Source of the DNA: Eledone cirrhosa | Taxonomy: Eukaryota | Assembly (NCBI GenBank): GCA_964016885.1 | Contig: OZ024742.1 | Span: 305,040,001-305,104,000 of the forward strand | Reading direction: 5' to 3' | Length of the DNA: 64,000 nt | Part shown: positions 28,886-46,356 of the stretch, in pieces | Position numbering within the stretch: the first letter of the stretch is position 1 | Layout: each line of letters begins with the position of its first letter | Made by a program: the position numbers and the translations under genes | Notes under the pieces: model-generated | Database searches by the model: none | What the model was told of the DNA's origin: nothing | Seen by the model: only the letters and a program-made list of their open reading frames with translations

Positions 28886-29466
28886 AATGAAAAATGCGTG
28901 CTGCATTGTTGCAAATGGGGTACATATGAATAAAATTAGTCCTTCATCAGTGATCTTCCAACCGTCATTGGTATTTCTTCGCATTAAAGATCATATACCT
29001 CTGGTTGATGCGATCAATAACTAAAGAAAGTTATTGGGACACGTAAAATAGGGTGAAGCGAGTGAGACATGTAAACAAACATAGATAGTAATGCAACGGA
29101 AAGAGAGGAAGAGGAGAAACAAGTCCGTCATAACTTAAGTTCGGTGAAATCATAGACGAGGAGAGATACAGACCAGCCGACCTGGGTGAGATGTGAGCGA
29201 GAAAAGGATTTCACACAGGTCAAACGGGAGGAAGTGAGAGAGGCGGAGTAGCAGAGAGTGAGTGAGTGAAAGTGTGAGGAAGAGGCCAGTTGAGAGAGAG
29301 TGACTGGCAGAAGGGGTAACAAGAAGGTGAGAGATACAGAGAAAGGGGAAGCAGTAAGAAAGAAACAGACAGGTTACAGCGGAGGGAAAAATATAAATAT
29401 ATGAAAAATGGCGTGCTGCGTTGTTGCAAATGGAGTACATATGAATAAAATTAGTCCTTCATCAGT
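28886..29466. mobile_element. Non-coding element with ~65-bp terminal direct repeats in (TA)n (Penelope-like pLTR arrangement)
   Basis: atgaaaaatg(g)cgtgctgc...aattagtccttcatcagt at about 28887-28951 and 29401-29466. Confidence 0.45.
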
Positions 29467-29540
29467 AATATATATACATATATATATAAATAAATAAATA
29501 AATATATGTATATATATATATATATAAATAAATAAATAAA

Positions 29541-29613
<73 letters not shown>

Positions 29614-29637
29614 AATATATATATATATATATATATT

Positions 29638-29721
<84 letters not shown>

Positions 29722-29769
29722 AATATATATATATATATATATTTATAAATATATATATATATATATATT

Positions 29770-29834
<65 letters not shown>

Positions 29835-29849
29835 TTATACATATATATA

Positions 29850-29937
<88 letters not shown>
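29467..29937. repeat. (TA)n/(TAAA) array
   Basis: Direct inspection. Confidence 0.95.
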
Positions 29938-29941
<4 letters not shown>

Positions 29942-30257
29942 ATATCAAATTTCATATCCGTTACATGTACGCTCAACATTAGGTTCCGGAGTCCTGTTAT
30001 GGTCACCACTGTATAGTGGATGGGGCGTTCTAGAAATGCCCTTTGTCGTCAGGCGTAAGGACAAATTTAAAGGGGAAAAAACCGTTACTTTACGAAAGAA
30101 GTTCGACGTTCGTGAAGACTTCTAATCAAAAACAAAGGCACATAGAACAGATCCCAACCATACATATACAATATATACGTCACACCACAAAGAACCTGGT
30201 ATTCTTTTATGTTTGGGGTTTTGATTTTTAGGAATACTTTGAAAATGTTATTTAAAA

Positions 30258-30300
30258 AGATAAATCTTTTACAAAATGTTATTTTGTAAAAGATTTATCT
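30258..30300. repeat. 20-bp perfect inverted repeat with 3-nt loop
   Basis: agataaatcttttacaaaat-gtt-attttgtaaaagatttatct. Confidence 0.8.
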
Positions 30301-30813
30301 AAAGTTTTGGGGTTTTTTTTAAATAATAGTTTACAACTTAGGTTACGTACATCTTATGCATATCTATAGATTCAAAACAAATTATAGGTACTTCTCTGTA
30401 GGTATAGTTTTGTAATATTATAGTCTACGGTGTTTGGGGAGTTAGCCTCCTTTGTTTTTTATGAGAACTCTTCAAGAACTACGTCCATTTTTTTTTTTCG
30501 GAGAGGAACGGTTTTTTCTTTACATTAGTTCTTTCATCTAAAAAGAGGGGCTAATTTTAGAACGGCCCTTTCACATTGCAATGGTAGTAATAACTGGACC
30601 CCGAAGTCTAACATTGTATATGTTAAGTATATGAAAATTAATATAGACTAAATAAGGTCTCTTGTATTAGATTAAGCATTGTTTCTCTTGCCCTTTTATC
30701 TATGGATATCCTACATATACATATATAAGGATGAAGGGTGAAGTGAATTACGACGTTATTTGAAGGACGATGAGTCCTAGAACAAATATTCAGCTCCCTA
30801 TGCAGTCGGCTAA

Positions 30814-30856
<43 letters not shown>

Positions 30857-32549
30857 CAGACCTACACATTCATTAATGCTACGCTTGTTGTTAACGTTAT
30901 CGAATCCAAGAACACGTGTCTACGGGCGCACATATTATTACAGTTAGAATACATTAGCCATGTCACACTCAAACATATTTTTTTCATATATGAGACAATT
31001 TAGAACTGTACTAAATTACTACGTCTAGAGACAATCTTACAAAGCTCTAACTACTTTAAAATAAATGCTGTCCTTACATGTGTAGTGATTCATAGGCATT
31101 TTGTTAAACAACAAATATGTACTTAAATCTATACATGTGTCTATGCTTGCGACGATCCTAACTTTTGAATCTGCATTCATATTGTGTTAGCTGTATTTTT
31201 ACAAAATAAAATCTCTCTTAATTTCCCATCATTCCTCCTTTTTCCCCGCCTCATGCTAAAGCTTTTCTTTCCATTTTTATTTTTTGCTGAACAAACCATT
31301 TTATAGATTTTTACTTCACCTCTATTATATTTTTTCCTTATAATTTATAACGTTTTCACACGGTCTGTCTTTTCATTTCCAGTCCCTTCTCAAGTGCATT
31401 AGGCGTGTCGGGGTTGCCATTATTGAATCTAAATGTGTGCATGTTTTGGATATATGTGCCTCCGTGCACGCGTGTGTATATGTGTGTGTTTGTACAGTCT
31501 GTGTGTTAGGACATATGTATGCCTTTATATATGTGTGCCTTCTTTTCTGCGGGTAAGGGAACGAAAGGTCGGTCAAATGAATTTTGAAAGAAATGGGAGG
31601 TTATTAATGTGTAAATACATATGGAAGTTAATGGGTGTGTACATATTGCATGCTTTAGTAAAGTATTGGCAATCGGCATGCGTGCATGTGTACGGATACT
31701 AGAAAATGTTATAGAAGAAAATGTTAAAGAAGAAAATAAAAAAGTACTAGTTTGAAGCTAAAAGTAACGTTGGTCTCCTTTTCTTGAAATGAACGGGTGT
31801 TCAAGGGGGTGCGGATGTGTGAAAAACGGGTAGGGTGTGTATGTTTAAGAAGAGTAGTAAAATACTAAAAACGAAAGAGAAAAAAATGAGCTGTTGTTTG
31901 GGTGGGTAATATATTTATGGTTATGGTGATGTATGTTAAGTATGCAATTGTAGAGAGTGGATCAGTTAGAAAATCTGTGTTAAAACAAGTGAAGCTAATA
32001 AGAGATGGAGGCAACCATGAGTGAATTATAATACTGGTACTGCTCTCTGTTGTTGTTTACCTGTCCATGCTTCTACCCGCACCAATTTTGGGGCGGTTTT
32101 GTGACACAAATTCTATTGTGAACTTCCTTGGAAACCAGCAGATGCGTTGAGCAATTTTATGAAATATTTCTGTTTTTGTTATTTGAATTTTGTACATATT
32201 CTTTTTTCATTACTAGACAGCAATGTAATTACTATGTTTTATTGGGAGAGCTCTCGTGGTTTAGATGAATGGAAAGTTCTAATGGACAACAACCATTTTA
32301 CATTTTTTCCTTATAGCTACTGCTTTTATTTCTTTTATTAATTTTCATTTTAGCTAGAACCATCGATTTAATCGACATATTGAGGCCAGTGAGCCTTCAT
32401 ATACTATAGCAATTTTGTAGTGAATATGATATTGTAAGGTGTGCTTTAATGTTCAATTTTTATTGTTCCATAATCGTTATGCTTGAAATAAATTTTAATT
32501 TCTGCATCAACGTTACAACTTATTAAAATAGACCGATATTTCCACATTT

Positions 32550-32850
32550 CTATGGCATTTGTTTAAATATTTAAATATTTGTTCGATTCGTAGGTGATGG
32601 GTCCATCCATCCGGCACTATCTGGTATATATGTTTCGATACTATATTCATTTTTATTTCTTTTGTTAGAGAAAAATACGTTTCCTCATCGCTGATGATCA
32701 TCGCATCTCGACCAAACAATTGGAGTAATCTGTTAAAATTTACGTTGCTTACAGGAACATTTTACGAATAAGCTCCAATGAGACGTGACTACAACTTCGT
32801 TTTCATTCAAAATCGCAGCCACTTCATTTCCTGTAATACCGTTAAGAATT
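32550..32850 (-). mobile_element. Possible highly decayed Tc1/mariner-superfamily remnant
   Basis: Minus-strand IISDEETYF and VPDGWTHH loosely resemble DDE catalytic motifs. Confidence 0.25.
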
Positions 32851-34592
32851 CCTAAAAAAGAAAGTAATATATATATAGAATATGTGTATATGTGAGGGGG
32901 GGGGAATGGGAGTGGGAGAGAGGGATGGTAAATTTGTGTGTGTATGTATGTGTGTGTAAATATGTATGTGCAGGCTTTGAAGAAGAAGAAAAAGAAGAAA
33001 ACAATGAGCTGGTCTATAATTGAAACTACCACTCCTAATGTCAACGGCATTGGCAAATGTTTATTAAACATTGCAAAGAAGTATAATATGATTATGAAAA
33101 AGTCTGACACACTTTCAATAGAAAACAAGATATTGCAGGTATATGTAGACTTGAAAATATCCAAGCTACAAATATAACATTATTGACAGACTATATATTA
33201 ATAATAGTAGCAGGGTTCTTTTCAACAAAACTTACCACAACAGAGGCAGCTTCTACGTATTTGCACGAGCTGCTAGTTTCAAAGTGGACTTGCCCTTAAA
33301 TTACATTCAATCGTTTCAAAAAGGGAAGCACATATTGTATGAAGTGGTCATTTATTTTTTTTTTTTACTTTTATGTCTGAAAAAAAAAGAACAGTAACCA
33401 TGGCCTCACAAATCCTATGTGATGTTAAGGGCGTGAAATTCTAATTTAATTGTAGTCAACACATTTGGAAAAAAAATGAGTAGGGAAGGGTTTCCAGAGC
33501 GCCGATAGTCTAGATGAGAAGAGAGGGGAGCAGTGGTCAGTGCAATGTATGGGGCTCTGATTCAACATTATTGATTAAAAAGGAAGAGACAAAAGTGTCG
33601 GCAAAAGGAACAATATACAATAATAGTGTTATACGTGTTTCATTTGATGATGTCAATCAGAAGATAGTAAAACATCTTAATGTCTCCGCGTCATAGGATA
33701 TACTATGAGAAGGTACTACTATAGTAATGGTAGGAATGACAGAGGGTTGCGACGGCACCTCTGTGAGTCAGAGGGTGGAGATTGATAGAGAGTAACTTTA
33801 AACAATTCACGGCCGTGTCAGAGGGTGGAGTTTTACAGAAAGTAACTTTATACAGTTATATTGAGTAGACACATTATCACTGAGAATCAGTTCTCAAATA
33901 TATTGTCGATGAGGGCTGACTTAGGATTAAACAACAAAAAACAACAGCAGCAGTAACAGCCATATGCTTGCAATACGTATTATGACCCCGTAATTGGCCT
34001 CTAAAGATAAAATCAGAAATAATATATCTAGTAAATTGACTAATATTTTAAAAGAGGTTTCAAACGGGAGTTACAGATTAGGAACACATGGTTATATTGT
34101 TTTATTTATTCTTCTAGTCCCTTTAATCATTGAATTGTAACCATCGAAGGACACCGCCCTTCAAATGATTTAGTCGATACTATCGACCTTAATACTATCG
34201 ATCTCGCAGGAAGTCGAAAAGTGAAGTTAAATGGGAGGCAAACGAGAAGACTGTCTTTTTTAAAACTTCTATATCAATACTCACGCAACCACCACCCCCA
34301 CCCCCAGCACCACTACCACCACCACTACCACTACCACCACCAGCACCACCAACACCACCACCACAACAACCACCACCTCCACACACAAATTAATTCGCAC
34401 GGACACAAAAATATTCACACACACACACGTATGTGTGTGTGTGTGTATGGGGGTATAACAGTTGAAACTATAGGATGGCGGATACCTTTATATGTGATTC
34501 CATGGATTTATGGTTGCCCAAGCTTGTAAATGTCGGCATATGTAAATGAACGTAGCTGCGTGATTGTGGTGCGTGTGCGTGTGCGTGTGCGT

Positions 34593-34625
<33 letters not shown>

Positions 34626-34754
34626 CAAGGTAAAGAAATAAACAGTTTTGCAGTTGATAATTGAGCTTCAATTAGTGATACCTAAAAATAAATACTCTTC
34701 ATAAAAGCTAAACACAAAGTATATTGTGACAACTGAATGCTATTATTATTATAG

Positions 34755-35114
34755 TTACGAGGTCGATAAAATAAAGTACCAGTAATGCACTGAGTAATTG
34801 CTGGCCTTGTGCCTAAAGTAGAAACAATTATTATTATAGTTAGATCTGAAGTCAAAGCCCACCGAGGTTGACTTTGCCTTTCATCCTTACGAGGTAGATA
34901 AAATAAAGTACCAGCAATGCACTGGGTAACTGCTGGCCTTGTGCCTAAAGTAGAAACAATAATTATAGTTAGTTTTAGAGTTACCTCCCTTTATGATCTG
35001 AGTTCAAATCCCGCCGAGGTTAACTTTGCCTTTCATCCTTACAGGGTCGATAAAATAAAGTACTAGTAATACACTGAGATAATTGCTGGCCTTGTGCCAA
35101 AAGTAGAAACAATT
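34755..35114 (+). mobile_element. Three tandem 5'-truncated SINEs separated by the same target sequence
   Basis: attatagtta(gtttta) at 34748, 34833, 34962 and 35115 brackets three SINE 3' portions of increasing length. Confidence 0.85.
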
Positions 35115-35914
35115 ATTATAGTTAGTTTTACTTTGTATGTTTAGTGTAGTTATTCACAATTAATTCCTTGAGTAGAGTTTTGTAATAGTAGGGATATTCG
35201 TGATTATAGTATTGGGGTGGTATTAGTAGAGGTGCTGGTAGTAGGGATGATGGTGTTAGTAATTTTGATGATTGCAGTTGTGGTGGTTGTGTTGGTAATT
35301 GTGGTGATGATGAGGGGAGATATGGTGATGGTGTGTTGTTGTTGTTGGTGTTGGTAGTTGTTGTGGTGATAATTAGGTTGGTGGTTTTGGGAGTTAGATT
35401 GATGATGTTGGTAGTTGTGGGTGGTGGTATTTGGGTTGATAGTTTTGGGAGTTAGATTGGTGGTGTTGGTAGTTGTGGTGGTGGTGATGGTAATTATGCT
35501 GATGGTATGTAATGGTGGTGGTTGTATTGGTAGTTACGGCGGTGGTGGTGTCAATAGGGCAATTGTATCAATGAAACTATTTCTTTTTGTTTTCATTTAT
35601 ATTTAGTGACAATAATTTGTTCTTACTTCTACAATTAAGAATTATCATCCTCGATATTTCTTTGGTTTTATTTTTAAAGCTTAATTGAATAAGTGAATTA
35701 TGTTAGAGAGCTGGATTAAATGCTATAGAGTAGTTAGGTTTGCTGTTGAACTAAGACCGGATAGAAAATCGGCTGAGACAGTGTTATTCTTCCAAAGTCG
35801 ATAAAATAATTGCTAGTTATACAATGTCAAACGATTTAATTTACTGTACTCGTAAAACTAAACTTACATATTAATAAGTATTTATTTCCATATATTTATA
35901 TACACATCTATATA

Positions 35915-35953
<39 letters not shown>

Positions 35954-35996
35954 ATGTATGGGAGAAAGCAAGAGAGAGAGAGAGAGAATATATAAT

Positions 35997-36180
35997 TGTT
36001 TCTACTTTTGGCAGTAGGCCAGCAATTACCAAGTGCATTACTGGTACTTTATTTAATCGACCCCGTAAGGATGAAAGGCAAAGTTAACCTCGGCGGGATT
36101 TGAACTCAGACTGTAAAGGGACGTAACTATGCTAGAAAGCATGGCGTCCAACCCTCTACCGATACTGCCAATCCACCGCC
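35997..36180 (-). mobile_element. Full-length SINE with TSD
   Basis: agaatatataat on both sides. Confidence 0.88.
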
Positions 36181-37576
36181 CTTAGATAGAATATATAATG
36201 ATAGATAAACGATACACACAACGTTACATTCTTCGCACATTTACTATGGTTCATTCTTCATTTCGTGATGCAATATCTTATCTTTGAAAGTTGTTTCCTT
36301 ACCCAGTAACTACTTAAACACCCGTGAACTGGTGTGTTCTGAAGGAATGGGGAAACCCTTTTGTATGCTTAGTCTTACATTGTTCGTTCCAATGGTGGAT
36401 AGCGGAATTGATGTAAGCTTTTGCGGCTTTTAGCTTTTGCTATATGCATTTTATAGTAGATTACGGAGTCAGATACACATGTGTGACACAATGTGAGAAA
36501 ACCTTTTTCATATCTATGAAGCCTCCCTCAATGTTTTGCATGCAAAATAGTTGCATACCATTCAAAACATACAAAACAAAAACGAGGAAAAATTGCCTAA
36601 CACTTATATTCACATCAAATAACTATGCACACACGCACAAATTTGACCTACAACCATACACATATAAGCGCATACATACACACAAATACATACAGATATT
36701 TATACATGTAATCATACATTCATAATAATTACATACATGCACAAACTCATACAAATACTTACAGATGTTACAATCACTAAAGTTATATACATGTACACAC
36801 ACAAACACGCATGAACACACACTCTCTCTCTCTCTTTCACACACACACACTCACTCTCTCTCTCTTTCACAAACACACACATATACACAGAAGCATACAC
36901 ACACACACATTTACACCACGTATGTGTATATATCAATAAACGTATAAATCAGTTCCTGAAAGACGTAAGCAGTTAAAATTAGAGAAACGTACATACACCC
37001 ACACGCACATACACATACACTCACACGCGGACAGACAGACACACACACTTACACAAACATTCCGACACATAAACACTCACACAGACTCATACAGACAAAA
37101 CTCACACACATTAAGCCAGATAAAAAGACAATTTATATAAAAAAATAAAAGAATCTAAAGAAAAAATCTCCAAATATGAATAGCAATAGTTGTGTTCAGT
37201 GTTACACCTCGCTGCACATACGAAACTGCAAAGTATAATGCAGTTAGACGCTGAACTAGATAGATAGGCACAAGTACATAAATGTATGGCTGCTTAAAGT
37301 GACAAACCGTATCAATAGTCCGATGCACATGCAGTTACTTTGATGCGTGTACAAGGCGTCTCAGTTGATGACTATTTCCTCCACGTCCATCATTTCTATA
37401 CTCCTTTCACACACCCATCTCTCAATCACCACATTTTACTCTATCATACGCACACACACAAAGATACTCACACACATAGACACACACAGGCACACACGCA
37501 AACACACACACACACACATATATATACATATATATATATATATGTATATAGCAACGCTAAATCTTTTATTGTTACT

Positions 37577-37636
<60 letters not shown>

Positions 37637-37809
37637 TTCCGGCACTTTCTTCCTGCATTTTTCAATATCTGCCGATTTGACTCCTCATGTATTCCCACGT
37701 AATAATTGTTGGATATGAAGTATCTATCTATCTAACGATCAATCGATCGATCTGTTCTCTTCAACTCTTTCAGTGTATCAGATAGAAAGATTAACATAAG
37801 TATTAAAAG

Positions 37810-37950
37810 ATAGTTATGGATAAGATGTTTGCTTCGAAATCTTTAGACCTCGGGTTCGATCCGAATATTAGGCAAGTGTTATTTGTTATAGCTTCGTGTT
37901 GACCCATGTATTGTGGGTGGAATTTGGCATACAGAAACTGTTCGGAGATC
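37810..37950 (+). mobile_element. Degenerate tRNA-derived SINE of a third family (similar remnant at about 3475-3600)
   Basis: gggttcgatcc B-box followed by ggcaagtgtt...atagc...ttgtgggtggaatttgg...gaaactg. Confidence 0.45.
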
Positions 37951-38530
37951 CATTTGCATCTTATCTCTTATTCAAAGATTTACATTACTGAGGTATATCT
38001 GAATCAATGTAAAACAGTTTGTAATATATTTGAAATGTATTTGATTTGAAATTACATTTGTTTCATTTAAAAACTAAATATTCAACCATATCGTTAATTT
38101 TCAAATTAAATGAAGTATTGAAATAATCATACTGACGACGATACACCACAGGTGGGCAATAGAATTTCCACTGAATTAACGAAATTACGAGGGGGATTGG
38201 CAACAGCATGTTTTCCCACCGGTTGTAACAACTGTTGCTACATTGAAAGTTTAGATTCACTTCATAGAAAAACAATAAAGGAAGGGAATTTAGAATGCTC
38301 AGGCAAAATTCTATAGAAAGACTAAAGCAAATAAATGGGAGACGTACCTCATATATCTAGAAATGAAGTGTTATAAGATGTTTATTTGTAAAACTAAAGA
38401 TTTACGTCTTTCGCGAAAATTGCATAGAAAAGGACCGAAAGGTCGAATATTTTGATTTCAAAACTAGATTTTGTGCAGTTTTAAGACTTCCAAGTTTTAT
38501 TTTTATAAATTGAAAACAAAGAAATTATAT

Positions 38531-38625
<95 letters not shown>

Positions 38626-38822
38626 TTTTATTATAGAAATGAGTTTCAAAGTACTATAACTGTGCCTTACGAATGACACTGTAATAGACATGTAGGAGTT
38701 ATTTCTATAATAAAACAAAGATGCTTATTCTCTATTAGTGTATGAGCACTTTTTTTTAAACTATATGGTCACCTCCCGATACATATGGAATCACTCTATT
38801 ATATATATATATATATATATTA

Positions 38823-39002
38823 TAATTGCTTCTACTTTTGACACAAGGCAAGCAATTACCCCAGTGCAACAGTGGTACTTTATTTTATCGACCCCGCAAG
38901 GATGAAAGGCAAATTAACCTCGGCGGGATTTGAACTCAGACCGTAAAGGGCCGTAACTATGCTGCAATGCATGGTGTCCGACTCTCTATCGATACTGCCA
39001 AT
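38823..39002 (-). mobile_element. SINE
   Basis: Reverse complement of the SINE consensus. Confidence 0.85.
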
Positions 39003-39460
39003 GCAAGATCAACAGTGAAAATAACGAAGAGAACACTTATTCAAATTCATACTTATATGAAATGGGAAAGAATGGAGGTGAGAAGTTATTACGAGAGATT
39101 GCGGGTCATCTTGATATCTGAAGGGGACATGATGGTAGGGGTGTAGGCAAATTCTTTGTAAGTATTGATGGATTCCTGCAAGAGATTGCAGGACAACACG
39201 CGTTTGGAGAAGGAGGAGAGGTACTCGTGATGAAAATGTCGACGTTAACTATGTCTACGCAGGCCAACTCTCCTTTCCTCACTTCCTATCTCAGGAAGCC
39301 ATGTTTTAGTTTTGCAAAATTTGCCTGAGAAAATATGGGACTCCAGTAACAATAAAAGATTTAGTGTTGCTTTCTAAAACATTTACTGCATAAAGACACT
39401 AAAACTTTCACACATGCTTGAATTCTCATCACACATCTGGATAGTCAAATATATGCCACA

Positions 39461-39534
<74 letters not shown>

Positions 39535-39561
39535 CATATACATATATATATACATAATATA

Positions 39562-39593
<32 letters not shown>

Positions 39594-39600
39594 CATATAC

Positions 39601-39649
<49 letters not shown>

Positions 39650-39682
39650 CATATATATATACATATATACATATATATATAT

Positions 39683-39735
<53 letters not shown>

Positions 39736-39757
39736 CATATATATATACATATATATA

Positions 39758-39807
<50 letters not shown>

Positions 39808-39838
39808 CATATATATATACATATATATATATATATAC

Positions 39839-39891
<53 letters not shown>

Positions 39892-39892
39892 C

Positions 39893-39941
<49 letters not shown>

Positions 39942-40300
39942 CATATATATATTTACATATATATATACATATATATATTTACATATATATATATATATAT
40001 ACATATATATATACATATACATATATAAATACATATATACATATATATATATATACATATATATATACATATATACATATATATATACATATACATATAT
40101 ATATACATATATACATATATATATACATATATATATATACATATATACATATATATATACATATATATATATATACAAATATACATATATATATACATAT
40201 ACATATATATATACATATAAATATACATATAAATATACATATATATATACATATACATATACATATATACATATATATATACATATATATAGATATATAC

Positions 40301-40335
<35 letters not shown>

Positions 40336-40376
40336 CATATATACATATATATATACATATATATATAGATATATAC

Positions 40377-40409
<33 letters not shown>

Positions 40410-40410
40410 C

Positions 40411-40459
<49 letters not shown>

Positions 40460-40977
40460 CATATATATACATATATATACATATATATATACATATATAT
40501 ATATATACATATATATATACATATATATACATATATATATATATACATATATATATACATATATATACATATATATATATACATATATATACATATATAT
40601 ACATATATATACATATATATACATATATATACATATATATACATACATATATATACATATATATACATATTGTATACATATATATACATATATATATATA
40701 CATATATATACATATATATACATATATATATTTACATATATATACATATATATATATACATATATATACATATATATATATACATATATATACATATATA
40801 TATATACATATATATACATATATATATATACATATATATACATATATATATATACATATATATACATATATATATATACATATATATACATATATATATA
40901 TACATATATATATATATACATATATACATATATATATATACATATATATACATATATATATATATACATATATATAC

Positions 40978-41027
<50 letters not shown>

Positions 41028-41043
41028 ATATATACATATACAT

Positions 41044-41077
<34 letters not shown>

Positions 41078-41295
41078 ATATATACATATACATATATATA
41101 TTTATACATATACATATATATATATACATATACATATATATATTTATACATATACATATATATATATACATATACATATATATATTTATACATATACATA
41201 TATATATATACATATACATATATATACATATACATATACATATATACATATATATATATACATATACATATACATATATATATACATATACATAT

Positions 41296-41329
<34 letters not shown>

Positions 41330-41377
41330 ATATACATGTACATATATATATATATACATATACATATATATATATAC

Positions 41378-41412
<35 letters not shown>

Positions 41413-41419
41413 CATATAC

Positions 41420-41451
<32 letters not shown>

Positions 41452-41479
41452 ATATACATATATATATATATACATATAC

Positions 41480-41560
<81 letters not shown>

Positions 41561-41687
41561 CATATATACATATACATATATATATATATACATAAATATA
41601 TATATATACATATACATATATATATATATATACATATATATACATATATATATATATATATACATATATATACATATATATATATAC

Positions 41688-41816
<129 letters not shown>

Positions 41817-41848
41817 CATATACATATATATATATATATGTTGATTTA

Positions 41849-42718
<870 letters not shown>

Positions 42719-42723
42719 CATAT

Positions 42724-42792
<69 letters not shown>

Positions 42793-42793
42793 C

Positions 42794-42841
<48 letters not shown>

Positions 42842-42847
42842 ACATAC

Positions 42848-42902
<55 letters not shown>

Positions 42903-43017
42903 CATATATATATACATATATACATACATATATATATATATACATATATACATATATATATATACATACATATATATATATATACATATATACATATATA
43001 TATATATACATATATAC

Positions 43018-43050
<33 letters not shown>

Positions 43051-43085
43051 CATATATATATATACATATATACATATATATATAT

Positions 43086-43284
<199 letters not shown>

Positions 43285-43327
43285 TACATATATATACATA
43301 TATATATATATACATATATGTATATAC

Positions 43328-43358
<31 letters not shown>

Positions 43359-43439
43359 CTTATATACATATATATATATACATATATATATATATACATA
43401 TATACATATATACATATATATATATACATATATATATAT

Positions 43440-43488
<49 letters not shown>

Positions 43489-43502
43489 CATATATATATA
43501 TT

Positions 43503-43544
<42 letters not shown>

Positions 43545-43597
43545 CATATATATATGCACACATACGTATACATATATATATATATATATATATGTGG

Positions 43598-43677
<80 letters not shown>

Positions 43678-44310
43678 ATATATTCTTCACGCTCTCCAAT
43701 AATCCACACACACACATTTTATGTTTTTATTCATCATTTTTCTACCTAGTGTCAGATAGACTTAAAAATAAAGCAATATGAGGAAAGATGCTGACAATGT
43801 CTGCGAAGATGATGGTGGTGGTTGTGCTTATGCTGATGATGATTATATCGATGATTATAATGATGTGTAGGCGAAGGGGAACGACTGCGACGACGATGAT
43901 AATAATGGTGATGATTCAGATAATAATGATAATGACGATAACTATTAATGGGTAAATGGTAGTGATGATGACGAGATGTTGGATGAACATATAAAATAGA
44001 GTTTCTCCTTCTGTTGTTGATGATATCGTGAGCAGGCTGCTGGAATATGGAGAGAGCAATGATAGAGAGGGTTTTATGAGAGCTAACATGAGTAGAACGA
44101 GAAGGAAAAGAAGGAATATGGAGATGATGGAGAATGGTGTAAAATATCGAAGAAAAAGAATACTATTGAAGGTGTCCGTTTGAATATTGTCAAATCTTAA
44201 GATAAACAGATTAAAGATATTCTTGAAAAGACAGTAAAAAAAAATTAAACATATAAAGACAGAAATATTGGAACTATGAATAAACGACTGCGACACCGGC
44301 ACTCACAGGC

Positions 44311-44359
<49 letters not shown>

Positions 44360-44430
44360 CATAATATATCTATCTATCTATCTCTCTCTCTCTATATATC
44401 TATATATATATATATATATATATCTATATC

Positions 44431-44461
<31 letters not shown>

Positions 44462-44976
44462 AGAGGGATAGAGATAGAGATGTTAGTATTTAGATGAACG
44501 AATGGATGGATGGATGACAAAGTAGGTAGCTATGTAGGTAGGTCAATAAGTGGGATGGGATATAGGTAGACAAGTAGGTAGGTAGATAAGAGTCGAAGGA
44601 TATATTCTTAGAACGGATTAAGGGTTATAGAATGATTGGCAAACCAACAATCGAACGGATTAGAGAGGAATTTATGGTAGACAGAGATTAAGGATTTGAC
44701 GTATTTAAAGTGACTAAAAACAAACAAGAATACATTTAAATATATACATAAACATCACTACTATCAACAATAACAATAATAATAATAATTGTTGCAGCAG
44801 CATTAACAATAGATGTAATAAATTATTCTTTATTTAGCAGTTGTATGATAAGTGAAGAAATATGGTTCAAATGTGACCAAGAATATATCGAAATAGATAA
44901 TTACACTCATTTATCCTCATATATGTACGTAATTTCACACCCATACAAACACCCATGCACTTTCTATTTCTGATAA

Positions 44977-45191
44977 TGATTTCTGATTTAGGCACAAGGC
45001 CAACAATTTCAAGAGAAGGGGAAAGTCAATTAAATCGACCCCTGTGCATTGCAGGTACTTTATTTTCTCGACCCTGTAGGGATAAAATGCGAAGCTAACC
45101 TGGGTGGCGTTTGAAATCAGAACGTAAAGAGCCATAACTATGCCGCAAAGTATGTTGTTCGGCGCTCTACTGATACTACCAATCCCCCGCC
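44977..45191 (-). mobile_element. SINE (long-tail variant) with TSD
   Basis: ttctatttct(g/c)ataat on both sides. Confidence 0.85.
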
Positions 45192-46356
45192 CTTCTATTT
45201 CTCATAATAAATCTACTTCATTATACTTTCTTTGATTTAACTATTGCATATTTGTTTAGATATATTGTCATTGCCATGTAACTTCAGATATGACATTTTT
45301 TACATTTTTCGAGCCCTGTTCTAGTTTTGCTTATTGAAGCGTTCCTGACTGTGTTCTGTATTGCCCTCTCATCTCAAGATATGGAATGGTCTATATCCAT
45401 ATTATAGGACAGTAAGAGAAATGTTGCCATTGGGAAATTGTAACAACAATTTCACACTAAACGTTAAACAGCACAGATTTACCGGGCTAACAGAATTGCA
45501 TATTGTGCACGTAGTCGACTGTATCGGTCAGTCGAAGAAAGCAGCATTCCTCGATAAGGCTCAGTTGTACGTTATATAAGGCTTTATTGATCAGAGTGGA
45601 AAACTCCGTTTAGAGATTCTAGAGAAATAGTAGAATTGTAGGATCTAAAAGTGCCTTTATTGTAATAGTGGACATTCAATAGTAGTATTGACAGGAAATA
45701 TTGTATAGTCACACGTATTGGTAGTATTACTTCTCTTCCCGAAGAAGCCAAAATAATATTTATATTCACTAAATATGTATATTAGATTAGTGTATTAAAT
45801 TACTGATTATATATTAGTGAGTATGCGAGAGATTGATGAACTTATTTTCAAACATAGTCGAATTAAATATTAAGCTATTAATATGATAAGCTCGCTGAAT
45901 AAGTTATTATTATAGAGTATATTAATGATATTTAGCAAATGTGTTGCGCGAAATGAATTATCGAGTAATTTAGAGTAAACACCTTAGCAGAGCCTACAAA
46001 ACATATATAGCAAAGATATTTTCCATTTTAACGCGATATGTAGCATATGGTATATATCAAGGCAAAGGCAATAGGAGATCAAATCGAAAAATATTCCAAT
46101 CTTCAGTACATGTAATCTGACTATCCTGATTTGATAAATGTCTACGAGAGAGACTAAGAGTTCCATGTCAATTGTTATATAAATATGTATGTATGCATGG
46201 ACCTGTAAATTCTGGCACAGCTGTATGGGCACTGTAATGAAATACTGTGTGTCTTGAGCACTTTACTTAAACCTGGCGCAGCCCATCCCCTTTCCAGATC
46301 TGAATATAACCATTTATTCCCCAGAGTATGTGAGTGAGAAAGAGATCTTGAGGAAG

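Noticed and set aside
33767-33858. 50-bp imperfect tandem duplication (gtcagagggtggag...gtaacttta)
   Set aside because: Two diverged copies only; no evidence of function.
45361-45579. Possible Helitron helicase remnant (GQS...QLYV)
   Set aside because: Similarity too short and degenerate to support without a search.
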